DNA of 64,000 nucleotides. It comes from Tubiluchus corallicola. Lineage: Eukaryota; Animalia; Priapulida. The stretch's first letter is position 1. The number at the start of each line of letters is the position of its first letter. Where the stretch lies: positions 1-64,000 of the forward strand of contig JAQGDQ010000832.1 of NCBI GenBank assembly GCA_030141605.1, written 5' to 3'. Below, piece by piece: positions 1-11,800 of this stretch. Position numbers and translations under genes: made by a program. The notes beneath the pieces are model-generated. The model made no database searches. It saw only the letters and a list, made by a program, of their open reading frames with translations, and had not been told where the DNA came from.

Positions 1-1680
1 ATATGACTACGAACATAATTTAGCCATGAAAATTAGAGATAAGAAATCGGTCCAAAGATTCTTCCAGTATAGCAAATCTTTTGTACGCCCAGCTAGAAGG
101 ATCTCTAGTATTCGTGATGAAGAAGGTGTGATTCTTCGTCAGCTTCAGGCAGTTATTAAGCAAATCAAAGACCACTTCTCTCAGTTTTTCACAGAAGAAC
201 CCTTGAATCATGAGTTGCCTTGAACATCAACATGGTCCGTTCAGGAAATGACTGATATTGATTTTTGTGTGGAGGATGTTAAGTCTTTGTTGATGCTTGT
301 TAATCCTTGGAAATCTAAGGATTGGATGAGATGCATGGCCTAGTGTTAAAAAAATGTGCTTTCAAGTTAGCTTACCCTTTCTTTAGAATGTTTCGCCTAT
401 CTCTTGATTCAGGAAAATTGCCAAGGTCTTGGATGGATGCTAATATTACTCCACTTCCTAATGTGATTAATACTACATTGTGCGATGAACTTGATCCGAT
501 ATCTCTTATGTCTGTTGTCGTGAAAACCCTTGAGAAACTAATTTGGCGAGAAATTCTTTTGTCTTTACTAATTCGTAATCAAAACCAATATGGATCCCTT
601 CTTAGTAAGTCAACTGTCACCAATTTGTTAGAATGTCTTAACAACTGGACCAAAATCTCTGATGATGACTATAGTTCTGATGTAGATATATATCTAGACT
701 TTCATAAAGCATTTGATTCAGTGCCTTTCGAGCGTTTGTTGCGGAAAATGTTATTTGCTGGTATTAGGGGTATACTCATTTGTTGGTTTAGATCTTTTCT
801 TACCTGTAGAAGACGACGCGTAGTCCTAAATGGAGTGTCTATTCAGTGGATCCATGTGCATAGTGGACAGGGAACACTTGGCGGTCCCTATTGTTTTATA
901 TTATACTTGAATGACCTGACGAGTACGTTAGTTCATCTATTAGCATGTTTGTTGATGATGTTAAATTATACAGGTAGATTAAGTCGCAATTTTATGCTGA
1001 TATGTTACAGATGGACCTTGACAGTATTGAATCTTGGTCTGATCAATGATTCAGTTGAAACCTGTTAAGTGTGCTTTGCTCAGAGTTATATATGCCAATG
1101 TTGATACTTCTTGCACCATAGTTAATAGTATGATACCTCAACTTGATAAGGTGCGAAATCTCCGGATTTACGTATCTGACTCACTGAACTTTAATGATCA
1201 TATTGCTCATATTATAAAAACTGCCAACCAAAAAATTGGCATTATTAGAAGATCAATTGGGTGACGTGAGTCATCAGTTATTGTACCTATTTATAAAGCT
1301 CTAATCAGACCCCTGCTGCAGTATGCAGTCGTTGTTTGGGCTCCGCAGTACGTATCTTTAAAGGAAAGTTGGAAAAGGTTCAACGAAGATGTCTACATTT
1401 TTTTCGATCTGGATCTTAACAATATATCTACCTCGGCGGAGAGACGTGACACAATTCATCTTGTCAACATGTTTAAAATATTGAATGAGACTACGGTTTT
1501 GGATCCGAATGATTTCTTTCAACATTCTCATAGTGTGTTACGTGATCATGAACGGAAACTACATGTCAGATATTCTTGCACAAATATAAGGAAGCATTTT
1601 TTCTCCAACCGTGTTGTACGAAAGTGGAATAATCTAGACAGTGATATTGTTCACACTCCCAATGTTGAGTTGTTTAAAAC
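1..1680 (+). mobile_element. Decayed CR1/L2-group LINE ORF2 (reverse transcriptase and C-terminal region), continues beyond the left edge
   Basis: Frameshifted ORFs 322-1068, 1046-1264 and 1469-1753 carry RT motifs YLDFHKAFDSVP and QGTLGGPYCFILYLND, plus the CR1-type C-terminal motif LRDHERKL...RKHFFSNRVVRKWNNL. Confidence 0.9.
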
Positions 1681-1992
1681 GAGCACTGAGGCCAGTGCGT
1701 TGAAAGCATTTTTGTATGCTAGCAGTCTTACAACTTTTGAAGTAAGGATTTGAGTTGGAGCTAGTCGTATTGAATGATTACGTTATTTCGTATCCACATC
1801 AAAAAATTGTTTGTTTGTCATTTGTTTAAGATGACGGCCATCAGCATTCACTAGATGAAAATTTACTAAAATAGACAGGAAGACATTTAGTTCAATAAGA
1901 GGCGAATTGGTGAAGTGGCTTTTCAATGTTTTTTAATTCAGTTCAGTTGAAAAAACAATTTCATACCCTGTGGTATTATTATATGAAAGATG

Positions 1993-2001
1993 GTGTGTGT
2001 G

Positions 2002-2032
<31 letters not shown>
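1993..2032. repeat. (GT)n-(GTGC)n compound microsatellite
   Basis: Directly visible: gtgtgtgt... followed by gcgtgcgtgcgt. Confidence 0.95.
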
Positions 2033-2196
2033 ACATGGGCATGGGTGTGTGCATACGTGCATGTATGGCACTAACACTACTTCAGAGGTTTTAATTTCAG
2101 TTTTATAAATAGTTTGCAATTAATGTGTTTGAATTAATTACAGGTTATGCTGTGAGACTAAATCCCTATCACATAAAAGACAAAAGAAGAAATTAA

Positions 2197-5100
2197 ATGC
2201 CAGGCTATAAAGTAAGTGAAGTTTAATCACAATAAAGTGTGATTAACTAAAGTCATGTATGATATCAATAGGCTTATTGTTCTTGCATTGTACAAATCTC
2301 ATGCACACATGAATCCAAAAAGATATATATGTTGGCTAAACTGTAGCTGTTTTCTTTATCTGGAGTATGTAATGCTGCAGTGCGACCGCATATTAAAGAC
2401 GGCATGCACATTGCACAACATACATTCCATGGCATATTTGATTTCTACTAAATGAATAATTGAGCTCTATAGAAAAGAGTAAAAAGCTACTAAGTATGTT
2501 TGATTTTGTTTTTCTGCCTCTTATTGAACTAAAGGTATTCCTGTCTATTTTAGTAAGTTCTCATCTAATGAATGCCATTACTATCCTCATGATGTATCAC
2601 CACTGTGTTTTTATCTAACTTAGGTGTTTGTGTTAAAAGAGGGTTATTCAAATTGGAATGTAGATACTGTAAATGCTGATGGCACCATTACCTTGATTAA
2701 AGGCAAAAACAATATATTGGTTGACTGTGGAAGTCCATGGGATAAAGAACATATTCTGCTGGGTAGTTACGTTATTTTAATTTTTAGCTGATTATGTTAC
2801 TTTTTTACATACAATAAATACTGTATTTCTTCTGAGTTTGTGACATCGATATTAATTTATTGATATTTTTCCCATTTCTCTATTCTCTCCCATGGCACTG
2901 AGAACCAAAAGCCAAAACACATCCAATGATTGTTCTTTTATGTATAAAATGAATGTTCAATTCCCAATAGGTAGTAACTGACAATGAACTATTGGACTTA
3001 TGAACTAAACAGGTAGGAGTTTATATGCTATCAGTGGCACTGCATTTCACTATTGTTTGTGTTCCCATCATCGTTGAACCTGTTAGTTTTAGTCAAAAGT
3101 TCTATTTTTAATTTTTATCATTCATTAAAACAGATTTTGCATACTACAAATTATTAAAAATTATGAGGCATTGAATAAATATTAAAGCATTTAGACAATT
3201 TTTCATGCAGAATTAGAAAAACATCGGATTCTCCCAAATGGTATCAACTACATGGTGTGCACACATGGACACACCGATCATGTCGGAAATTTGAATTTGT
3301 TTAGCAAAGCTGTACACATAAATGGTGATGCCATTTGTCGTGAAGATAGTTATACAGCACTTCCATTTGAACAGGTTTGTAATAATATTATTTTTAACTA
3401 GAATAAGTGAAAAAAGAGTACTTCTTTTTTGATACCTTAATTCAGTGTTGGGTAAGTTACAAAATAATTATAGTCAGCTACCCAACACAGTTCTAAATCT
3501 CCATCTATGCTGCAGTAGCAATTCATTTCAAAGCAGTTGATTAAACATTAGCATCGCAGTTGGTTCTCTATGATCACAAAGCAGTATTAATTATGAGGGC
3601 ACTGATATGTTTCTTTTGTTAAATTTTGGCAAGTGATTACTATACTACATCTATGTTCCATGTAGTTTTTTGTGCTATTGTAGTTCATTAAAATCTAAAT
3701 CAACTACTATTGGACAAAAATTATTGCTAAGGAGCAAAAGCAGGTGTTGTGTTATAAATAGTTTGTAAATTTAATCTCTGTTATGATTTTTTACTTATTT
3801 CAGGGCTTACCATTTAAAATAGATGAATACGTTGAAATACTACAAACGCCTGGTCATACGCAGAAGTGCATTAGTGTAATGGTGCGGGATGTGAAAGAGT
3901 TTGGTACTGTGATAATAGCAGGTAATATTCTCAAAATTCCCTAACTTTTTTCGATGTATATATGATGTTGTCAAAAGTGATATGTGATCCCGGATTTCTT
4001 GATTTTATAACATCTTTGAAAATTAAATCATTTTACATAAAATCTCTTTAGAGCAATGAGCCTGTTCTGCATAAATCTACTCCTCTCCACTATTTTTAGA
4101 ATTTTTCTTATAAAAAATTTCCATAGTTGACATGTTAAGAGGAGATATGAGGCCTTAAATACACACAGTAGGCGTTATTTATTAGAATCACGGTTAATAG
4201 ATTCAATCACTTAATTGACTCAAAAACGTCTAGTACGGACTGCTCTTATTCAAATGTATATAAAAACTGTCGGCAGTTGACTCAAATAACTCCTCATCAT
4301 TGACTCAACATTTTTACTTCACGTGCTTAAATAAGACACTTATTTGTGACCAATGAGCTTTTACTACTTTTATGTCATCTTAGCTCGCTTCTGTGCTCTA
4401 TAATATACATAAAAACAATCATGTTAAGTACTGTTTTGTTTGTAAGCAGGTACATTATATGTGCTAATACGCTAGCATAGCGGTTTTGCTTTGAATTGGT
4501 TACACGCTCGTCCACTGCAATTAACCTTGTTACCAAAGAATTTCTGGAAGCTAAACATTTAATCACTTGTCTAGTGGTTTCCTTTTAAAGTTCTGGTTGA
4601 AAATCACGCTTAATCAGTTAACAGTCAAGGATACAGGTATCATACACGTACAGTAATGGTGCAGTACAGTACAGCCTTTGCAGTATGTACTAAGTTGATG
4701 ATTCATACTTCTATACTGGTAATACGACTTCTGTCGATTAGTGGATTCAGTCGATTAATTGGATCAAAACACATACGTCCCAAAGTGAGTCTATATTAAG
4801 CTGCACCTACTGTAGCTCATTTAATTTTTCTATCTACATTTCATTCTTGATTATGGCATTTAAAAATAATCTGTATAGTTAAGTGCAAAAAACAGTTCCT
4901 GTTAAGGGCTAAAACAAAATAGTCCTTTTTGTTTAGAAGATTGATTGTCTTGTATTGAGCATGAGACTATATTGATTGTCTAGAGAGTGGAGCAAATAAT
5001 CAAAAAATAGACAGTGCTTAGTTTTTACTGTCAAATTTTTAACCAACTGTTAAACACTCTTCCTATTTTTAACAAAACGTCCAAGTGTATTTGGTTATGC

Positions 5101-6998
5101 TGTTTACAGGCGATTTATTCGAGAAAAAAGAAGACATTGATGATCCATCAATTTGGATGATGAACAGTGAAAACGTTGCAAATCAGCGTCGGCAGAGAAT
5201 AAAGGTATGGGAGAATGCAAAAACAGCTGGCTAAAGTAACACATTACCAAACAAATAAAAATCTTGTCCATTATTCATGGATAATCTTAAAGAAAGAGTT
5301 TGTTAAAGAAAAGTTTTATCAGGAACAACGGCAGAACTGAGTTAGAGCTAAGATTGCTTCGCTGCTTTAAAAACAGTTAGAATGGGTCTCACACTAGAAA
5401 TAATGCTGTGTTTCCATTTTACAGAATTCTGCTGCAGGTTCTGCTATGTCAGCTTGTATTGTTTCTATTGCTGGTCTTTTATCTACAATTTAATTTAGCA
5501 GTCATCTGTTTCTTTTGAGCAAATAAGCAATATTATTGCTTCATAAGCATAACATATGCAGTGAAATAAATTGCAGGTTCGACTCCCATCCTCGTCGCCA
5601 TTGTAATGTAGTGAGTTTGTAGGCACACATAAAATAGATTATAATTAATCGACAATTTTATTGAATGCAATACCGTGACAGCATAACCAGCTAATAACAT
5701 TCGCAAAGCCGTAAATGACATACGCTGATATCCTCATAGAGTAGAGCATCAATATCACAGTTATTTCAAACAATCACGAAGAAATCTCGCCCCTCGTTGT
5801 GCCGTAAAAACTCGTTTCTCGCCATAGAAAGTACCAGGACGGATTTCCTGTTTTGATATTTACCTCGTTAAGTCGCCACCCCCGCTTCTTGCCCTCGCCA
5901 CGTCATGCTAGGATGAGTGCTTATGTAAACTATATTCGTTATGTTGCCAAACAGACAAACTCAGAGGTGAATCGATCAATACTGTACATATACCGCATGT
6001 CGATCAATATAACCACGTATGTAGACAATGCTGCTGTACTTGGTTAATGCGCAGAGAAACTAAAGCGCCAAAGCTGCGTACAGGATATCGGTGATGCTTT
6101 GCAGTAACGCTGATGGATCAGACAAGCTCGGACCATTGATCATCGGTAAAACTTAGAAACCAATGTGCTTCATACAGTTCAATCCTAAGCTCTACTGAGA
6201 CTATTATGCCAACAATAAAGCATGGATGGTTAATGGAATTTTGGATGAATTTTTGAAGTCCCTCAACCGCAGAATGGCGAGTGAAAACCGCCATATTTTG
6301 ATGCTAATGGACAATGCACCCAGTCAGATCATCCCTGAAAACTTCACTCATATCTGCTGTGAGTTCTTGCCGCTTACCACTACCAGCCACCTGCAGCCAA
6401 TGGACGCCGGTATCATCAGTGCATTTAAGTCCCACTACCACTAGGTCCCACTCAGTGTATACTCGAAAAAGGTTTTTTAAATTAAAAAGTAACATTCTAA
6501 GATAATTTTTATAACATTTTTTCATTTCTGATTTAATGTTGTTTGGTATCATAATGCGAAATATATTTTATATGTACATAGAGGAACACTATGTTAATCA
6601 ACTATTATGTACAGTATGTATATACATATAGACTAACTTCGTTATATTCCCGTTATCTCACCATACTCGCCTCTCACCAAAAATTTGCCCTAGACGGACA
6701 GTGGCGAGATAACGAGGTTAGACTGTACTTATAATTGAGATTAGTCATTTCTGAGCAGTGGACTAGTAACAGAGAATTTTTGTTTACCAGTTATAAAATT
6801 GGTACCTTTATTTAATTAACATTTCAAAAATCTATAATTTGTTTTTGCTATGTGTAGGTGCTTGACATGGCTGACTACATAGTTCCAGGCCACGGTCCGA
6901 TGTTCAAGGTCACGGAAGAAATGAGGCAAACAGAATTTTCCTATGAACTTGGTCCAGTTTTTTCCAATAACGGAGATACGGCCAGTTTATATACGTAA
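2197..6998 (+). CDS. MBLAC1: Metallo-beta-lactamase domain-containing protein 1-like (spliced, 6 coding exons, ~223 aa)
   Basis: Exons 2197-2211, 2624-2762, 3211-3374, 3804-3921, 5110-5204 and 6858-6998, all GT-AG with consistent phases. Translation MPGYKVFVLKEGYS...NILVDCGSPWD...THGHTDHVGN...TPGHT...AGDLFE...DYIVPGHGPMF contains the HxHxDH metal motif and the downstream His, Asp and His ligands. The ATG exon has an acceptor at 2141-2143, so a 5' UTR exon probably lies upstream. Confidence 0.9.
3443..3728. mobile_element. Short non-autonomous hAT-like relic (CAGTGTTGGGTA end)
   Basis: Begins cagtgttgggta with an inverted copy tacccaacacag at ~3479-3490. Its GTAG/CTAC-rich interior resembles the ends of the 30311-32648 element. 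The right boundary is approximate. Confidence 0.4.
4166..4812. mobile_element. Tigger/pogo-family MITE (family A), both ends present
   Basis: Imperfect TIRs cagtaggcgttatttattagaatcac ... gtgagtctatattaagctgcacctactg, followed by TA. The right end matches fragments at 10859, 12522 and 29228. Confidence 0.75.
5770..6725 (+). mobile_element. Tigger/pogo DDE transposase relic
   Basis: Broken frame reads GSDKLGPLIIGK...NKAWMVNGILDEFL...ILMLMDNAPSQ...FLPLTTTSHLQPMDAGIISAFKSHY (DDE_1 signature). The right TIR ends gagataacgaggttagactg|ta. The left boundary is approximate. Confidence 0.85.
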
Positions 6999-8380
6999 CA
7001 GTCCTAAGCACAAAACTCAGAAGAAACTTCCAATTTGTATTCTTAAGTCAGTCCTTAAGTAGTGATTAGGACACTAGGTGAGGAAAAATAAAATCTGACC
7101 TGAAATAAATTACAGCAGTACCTTGGATATCATCCCTAGTTTTTATTAAAAGGGCTCGCCTGTACTTTATTAGCAATGAAGTATCTTAATCTGAAGTAAA
7201 GTGAAGCAGCCATTTTCTAGTAGCATGCATTACTTATTAGTTTTTAATCGTAGGATATATTAAGTATTTAATACAACTGTAATACAATTGTTTATCATGC
7301 TGTTGCAGAATTTTGTTTTATTTTTATTGTTCTTTCATACAAAATTTTGATAAATAGCCAGATTTAAGTTTGTATTATTATTCTTAGTTTTACTTTTTTA
7401 TACTGCTGTTTTTAAATGTTATAATATAAAAGAATAATTATCCACATTTGATATTATTCACTTGCGCAGGCTATAGAATACATATAATATAGAATTATCA
7501 TTGCAGATTTCCTAGATCCAGTATTGTAGGTACAACAGCATGTGTAATTTTTTATAATAAACATCAGAGATGTTTGTATATTATAGAAAGTGTAACAAAG
7601 GAATACAGTAGCATAGTGTTTAGTGATAGTGCACACCTAAGCATTGTTTACAGCGGTTTTGAAGGTAGAATTCTTGCCTATACAGTGTGTACATGTCAAC
7701 CACAGGCAGTTGATATTAAAAGAAAACCGGACCCAATCTTAAACTGTGGGTCAAAACGAGCTACTCTTTGTATTCAATGGGAACATACCGTTTTTTCAAG
7801 AGTGACTTACGTGAAAGAATTGTTACTGCACAAATGCAATTTTGCATTCGCGCCACTAATTCTTCATTATTATATGTATTTCGGTATTCACTGCTAGACA
7901 GGTACTAGTACCTGCATTTCAGAAATGCGTTGTACAAAAAACAGGTGCTGTACTGCTCACTTCAAAAGTGTTCGTTTGTGATGTGACACAGTATACACAT
8001 TCGACAGATCATGTGTGAGCATAGTGGCAAATTAGAAATTTGAATTCTCATCTTAAAATTTGCTGAGTTTTAATACAACACACTGAATCTCTTACAGTAA
8101 CACTGTACTTCATTCGCTTTCGCAAGCACGTGCGCATGGAATGTTTGGGCTGTGATAAATTATGTTCATTTATGATGTCATCAATGGTTGCACTCACCTG
8201 CCATTAATTAAGATTTTAATCTATTATGTAATTATCAGAAATGCTTTTGCAGTATTATCCTGTCTTCCTTTAAATAAACTGTAATTGAAACAATCGGCAA
8301 AATTTTCCCTACTATTCAATTCATGCACCAACCACTATATCTGATCTAATATGCATCTGTTAGCTTTAGCGACTTGTCAT

Positions 8381-8732
8381 TAGGGGTGAGCATTCTCTAC
8401 CAGAAAGCGAATTCGAATCCAACCGAATTTGTGACTTTCGAATTCGAACCGAACTTCAGTGTTTCGAATTCGAATTGAGATCGAAAGATTTTCAAACCAC
8501 CAGCAAAAATTAGTCTTACAAAGATCATGCATATCACTAGATTTTGTTCTGCAATAAAACGACTAGTAATTTCTTTAAAATTGTGCACAGAAATCACAGC
8601 TAAATTATGCTGACGTTTAAATCGTTTTAGTGATAAAGAACATACGTGATTGAAGTGCTGAATTATTCGAATCTATAGTTTTGGATTCGAATCAAGTTCG
8701 AACTAAAAAAACTCGTTTGATGCTCACCCCTA
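8381..8732. mobile_element. hAT-type MITE with TTCGAA-rich interior
   Basis: Perfect 13-bp TIR taggggtgagcat / atgctcaccccta. 8-bp target-site duplication cttgtcat (8373-8380) / ctagtcat (8733-8740), with 1 mismatch. Confidence 0.85.
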
Positions 8733-8890
8733 CTAGTCATTGCAAGTGACATGGCAACAAAATTTACAGTGCTAAATTACAATGCCAATGTAACCATATC
8801 TGTGTTACAGATCTTTTATCATGTGTTTCCACCAATGAAAAAAAGGAAAAACTCAGGTCCTAGTTGGCAGTTTTTAGCAGCGATATTGTC

Positions 8891-11800
8891 ATGGAAATTC
8901 CAAAATCTGTGTAAGTAAAAGTCATTGAGTTTTCATGATGGTGCAGAAGACAGAAGTGCACTAACACAAAATTGATGATAAAATTTATCTTCTATTTGCC
9001 TGAATGTGAAAGTGTGTAGCTATCGAAAATTTATATTATTAAATAGAATATATATTCGTACAATATCTTGTATAGTGATTCCATTACTAATCATTAATCC
9101 AATTTGAAATGTCTCCCGTGTCATATTAAATCTATGACTTAAAAATATAAATAAAATAACATTGAGAGGAAAAGACGCCGAACAGGCGAATCTGTAGCTG
9201 TAATCGCCGGAAACTCAATACTCTAATCTAAACAAGATATTATTAATATTTTTAAAAATTATTTTGTTGTTGCCTGCTTTTGAATCATGGTGAGAGGCAA
9301 TCTTCAAGATAATATCGAAGACGGGTAAACATTGCGATATAGAATACTTTTTATGCAGCAGTGAATAAAAACTCAATTGGGTTAGGCACAATCTAAATTA
9401 AATATAGTTAGTCTATTTATTCCAAAGCCAATTTACACAAAAATGACAATTTAAAATGAGCAAGACAAATTATCGGCTCAGATCAAAAGTAAGACTTGTA
9501 AGATCTCAGCCGAATAGGCGATATGGAATAAAGGGGTGTAAGAGGTGCAAAATAAAAGAAGAAAATCATGAAAGGTTATGATGTGAAGATGTGGTGACAC
9601 GATGGAGAATGAAAGGATGTAATGATTAAATTTACATTAGAATAAGCATTGAGCATTGAAATTTACATTAATGACACATAGCAACTGGTAATGTATGGGC
9701 AATGTACAACAGAGGTGGCAACTGGGCACACCTAACAGGTGACGAATTAATTTCTTCTTACTTCTTTTCCTTATTTTTCTTCTTCTACACTTAGATTAAT
9801 TACTTTAAAAGATGAGTTCGAAAATAATTACATGTGGAATATAATAGAATTATGATCTAATACAAAATCTTTTAACATTTTTTAAATCTTGAAAAACAGT
9901 ATGTTGATTTTTAATTTGTCAGGTCAATAATTCCAAATGAGAGGTCCATAAAATTTAATGAAATGCTTGGCAACTGTAAACTGTTATTTATACTAATTAG
10001 ATTGAAATGTATGAAGTAAAAAACAGAGTGGTATCATCTGCAAACTGAACTAGTAGGGCAACTAAAATGTTTTTATGTCATTAATACATATTAAAAATCT
10101 TGGTAGACTGATGTCATGTGTAATTAATGTCTTAGCTTCCTGATAGTCAGAAGACAATATTAGACCTTTAAGGGTAACTATGGAAGATGATGCAATAAGA
10201 GACGTAATATGAAAGCAGGCAAAAACTTTAAAGAAGACAAAAAATGAGGAAATGTAAGTGTATGTCTAGACTTCACACCAATTCAAAGTGAGGCAAACAG
10301 AAAATTGAAAGAAGAACTGAAATTAAAAAAGAGCAGAAGAGGAAAAAGTAGGCAAATATGCAACGTGGGTAATAAGATGGGGGAAAGTTAAAGTAGTAAA
10401 AACTCCCATGAGTCAACTGTAAATTTACTGCTGGAAAATATGTAAATAGTATATATGATCAAATTAAGAAGCACCAGTAGTACTAATAAAAAATGTGAAA
10501 AACGCTGTGTTAGCAGAGAAGTTGAGCAGCAGAAAGTTTTGGAATTACTGCTATGTGTGTATGCAAATGCTGACTGTTTGAGCATTGAACTTCAGACTAA
10601 ATTCAGACTAAAAATTAAGCTGCTGAAACCAGTCAAACCACATATTGTAGCTGTAACAGAAGCAAAAATCTGAAAAGCCAAAGGTGGATGTAACATTGGA
10701 AGAATTTGCCATTGAAAACTATGCTTGTTTCCATGTGAATATGATCTCTACAACTGGCAGAGGTATATTAATTTACGCACATTCATCACGTGTATAGTTG
10801 TTCGCAAGTTGACCTTTACTGAATTACTAGGCATCTATTCATCTGAATATTAGTACTACAGAGGCTCCGCTTTATAGACTCATTTTGGGACCGACATGTT
10901 TTGACCCAATTAACTGACTGAACCTATTTTATTTGTCGCAAAACATAAGCAAAGCTAAGAAGATGTTGCGGATAATGATTAGAACTTTTACCATTTCGAC
11001 CAATAGTATGTTCATCTGTCTGTACAAAGTCCTTGTAAGGCCTCATTTGGAGTTTTCAAGCTCAGTGTGGCACCCATTAATGGTCAAATATATAGATCAG
11101 CTTGAACAAGTACAAAGATATGCAACAAGAAAGCTTAGTGACTTGAGAGAATGCTCTTTAAATTACCAACACTGGCCTACAGGAGGTTGAAAGGTACATG
11201 ATAGAGCTTATAAGATCTTAACGAATATACATGACAAAGCTGTAAGCCGACAGTTGCAATTAAGATCGCAGGTGGCCAGATCAGTCACCAGAGGCCATTC
11301 ACAAAAGTTATTCAAGTTCAGATCTAAGTGTAGATCTAATACTTCGAATCAAATTGCAGTTGCATGGAATAGTTTACCCAGCAATGTCGTATGCCCACCA
11401 AGTATAGATGTATTTAAGAGAAGATTGGACAAGCAATGGGCTTGGAAAGAGTTTACATTTACAATACCCTTATGTGTGTATATACGATTTGACTAGAAGA
11501 TTACTTTGCCAAAACAACATAAGGTAACATAAGCTAAGGTAAGGTACCACAATGTTTTTGGGTCAACTTTATCTACCCCCATTTGTCTGGTGCTTTGTTA
11601 AGAGGATAATATGAAGATAAGTACATCTTGGTACTGCATTATTGCCAAGCTATTTCCTGTGCAAAAACTTTAAGGACATACAGATGTGCTTGTTCAGATG
11701 TTGAATTATGAACTTAAAATAAAAATAGACTTATAACCAATGCATCACTGTTTGGCAGAACTTAACATATATTATGATTTTATTACTTTATCTTTTCAGC

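Noticed and set aside
322-1068. RT ORF as a retron, DGR or domesticated reverse transcriptase gene
   Set aside because: It is frameshifted around the catalytic motif and embedded in CR1-type flanking sequence, so it is a dead LINE copy.
8405-8490. GAATTCGAA clusters as heat-shock elements
   Set aside because: The GAA/TTC units lack the 2-nt spacing of nGAAnnTTCn arrays. They are subterminal motifs of the MITE.
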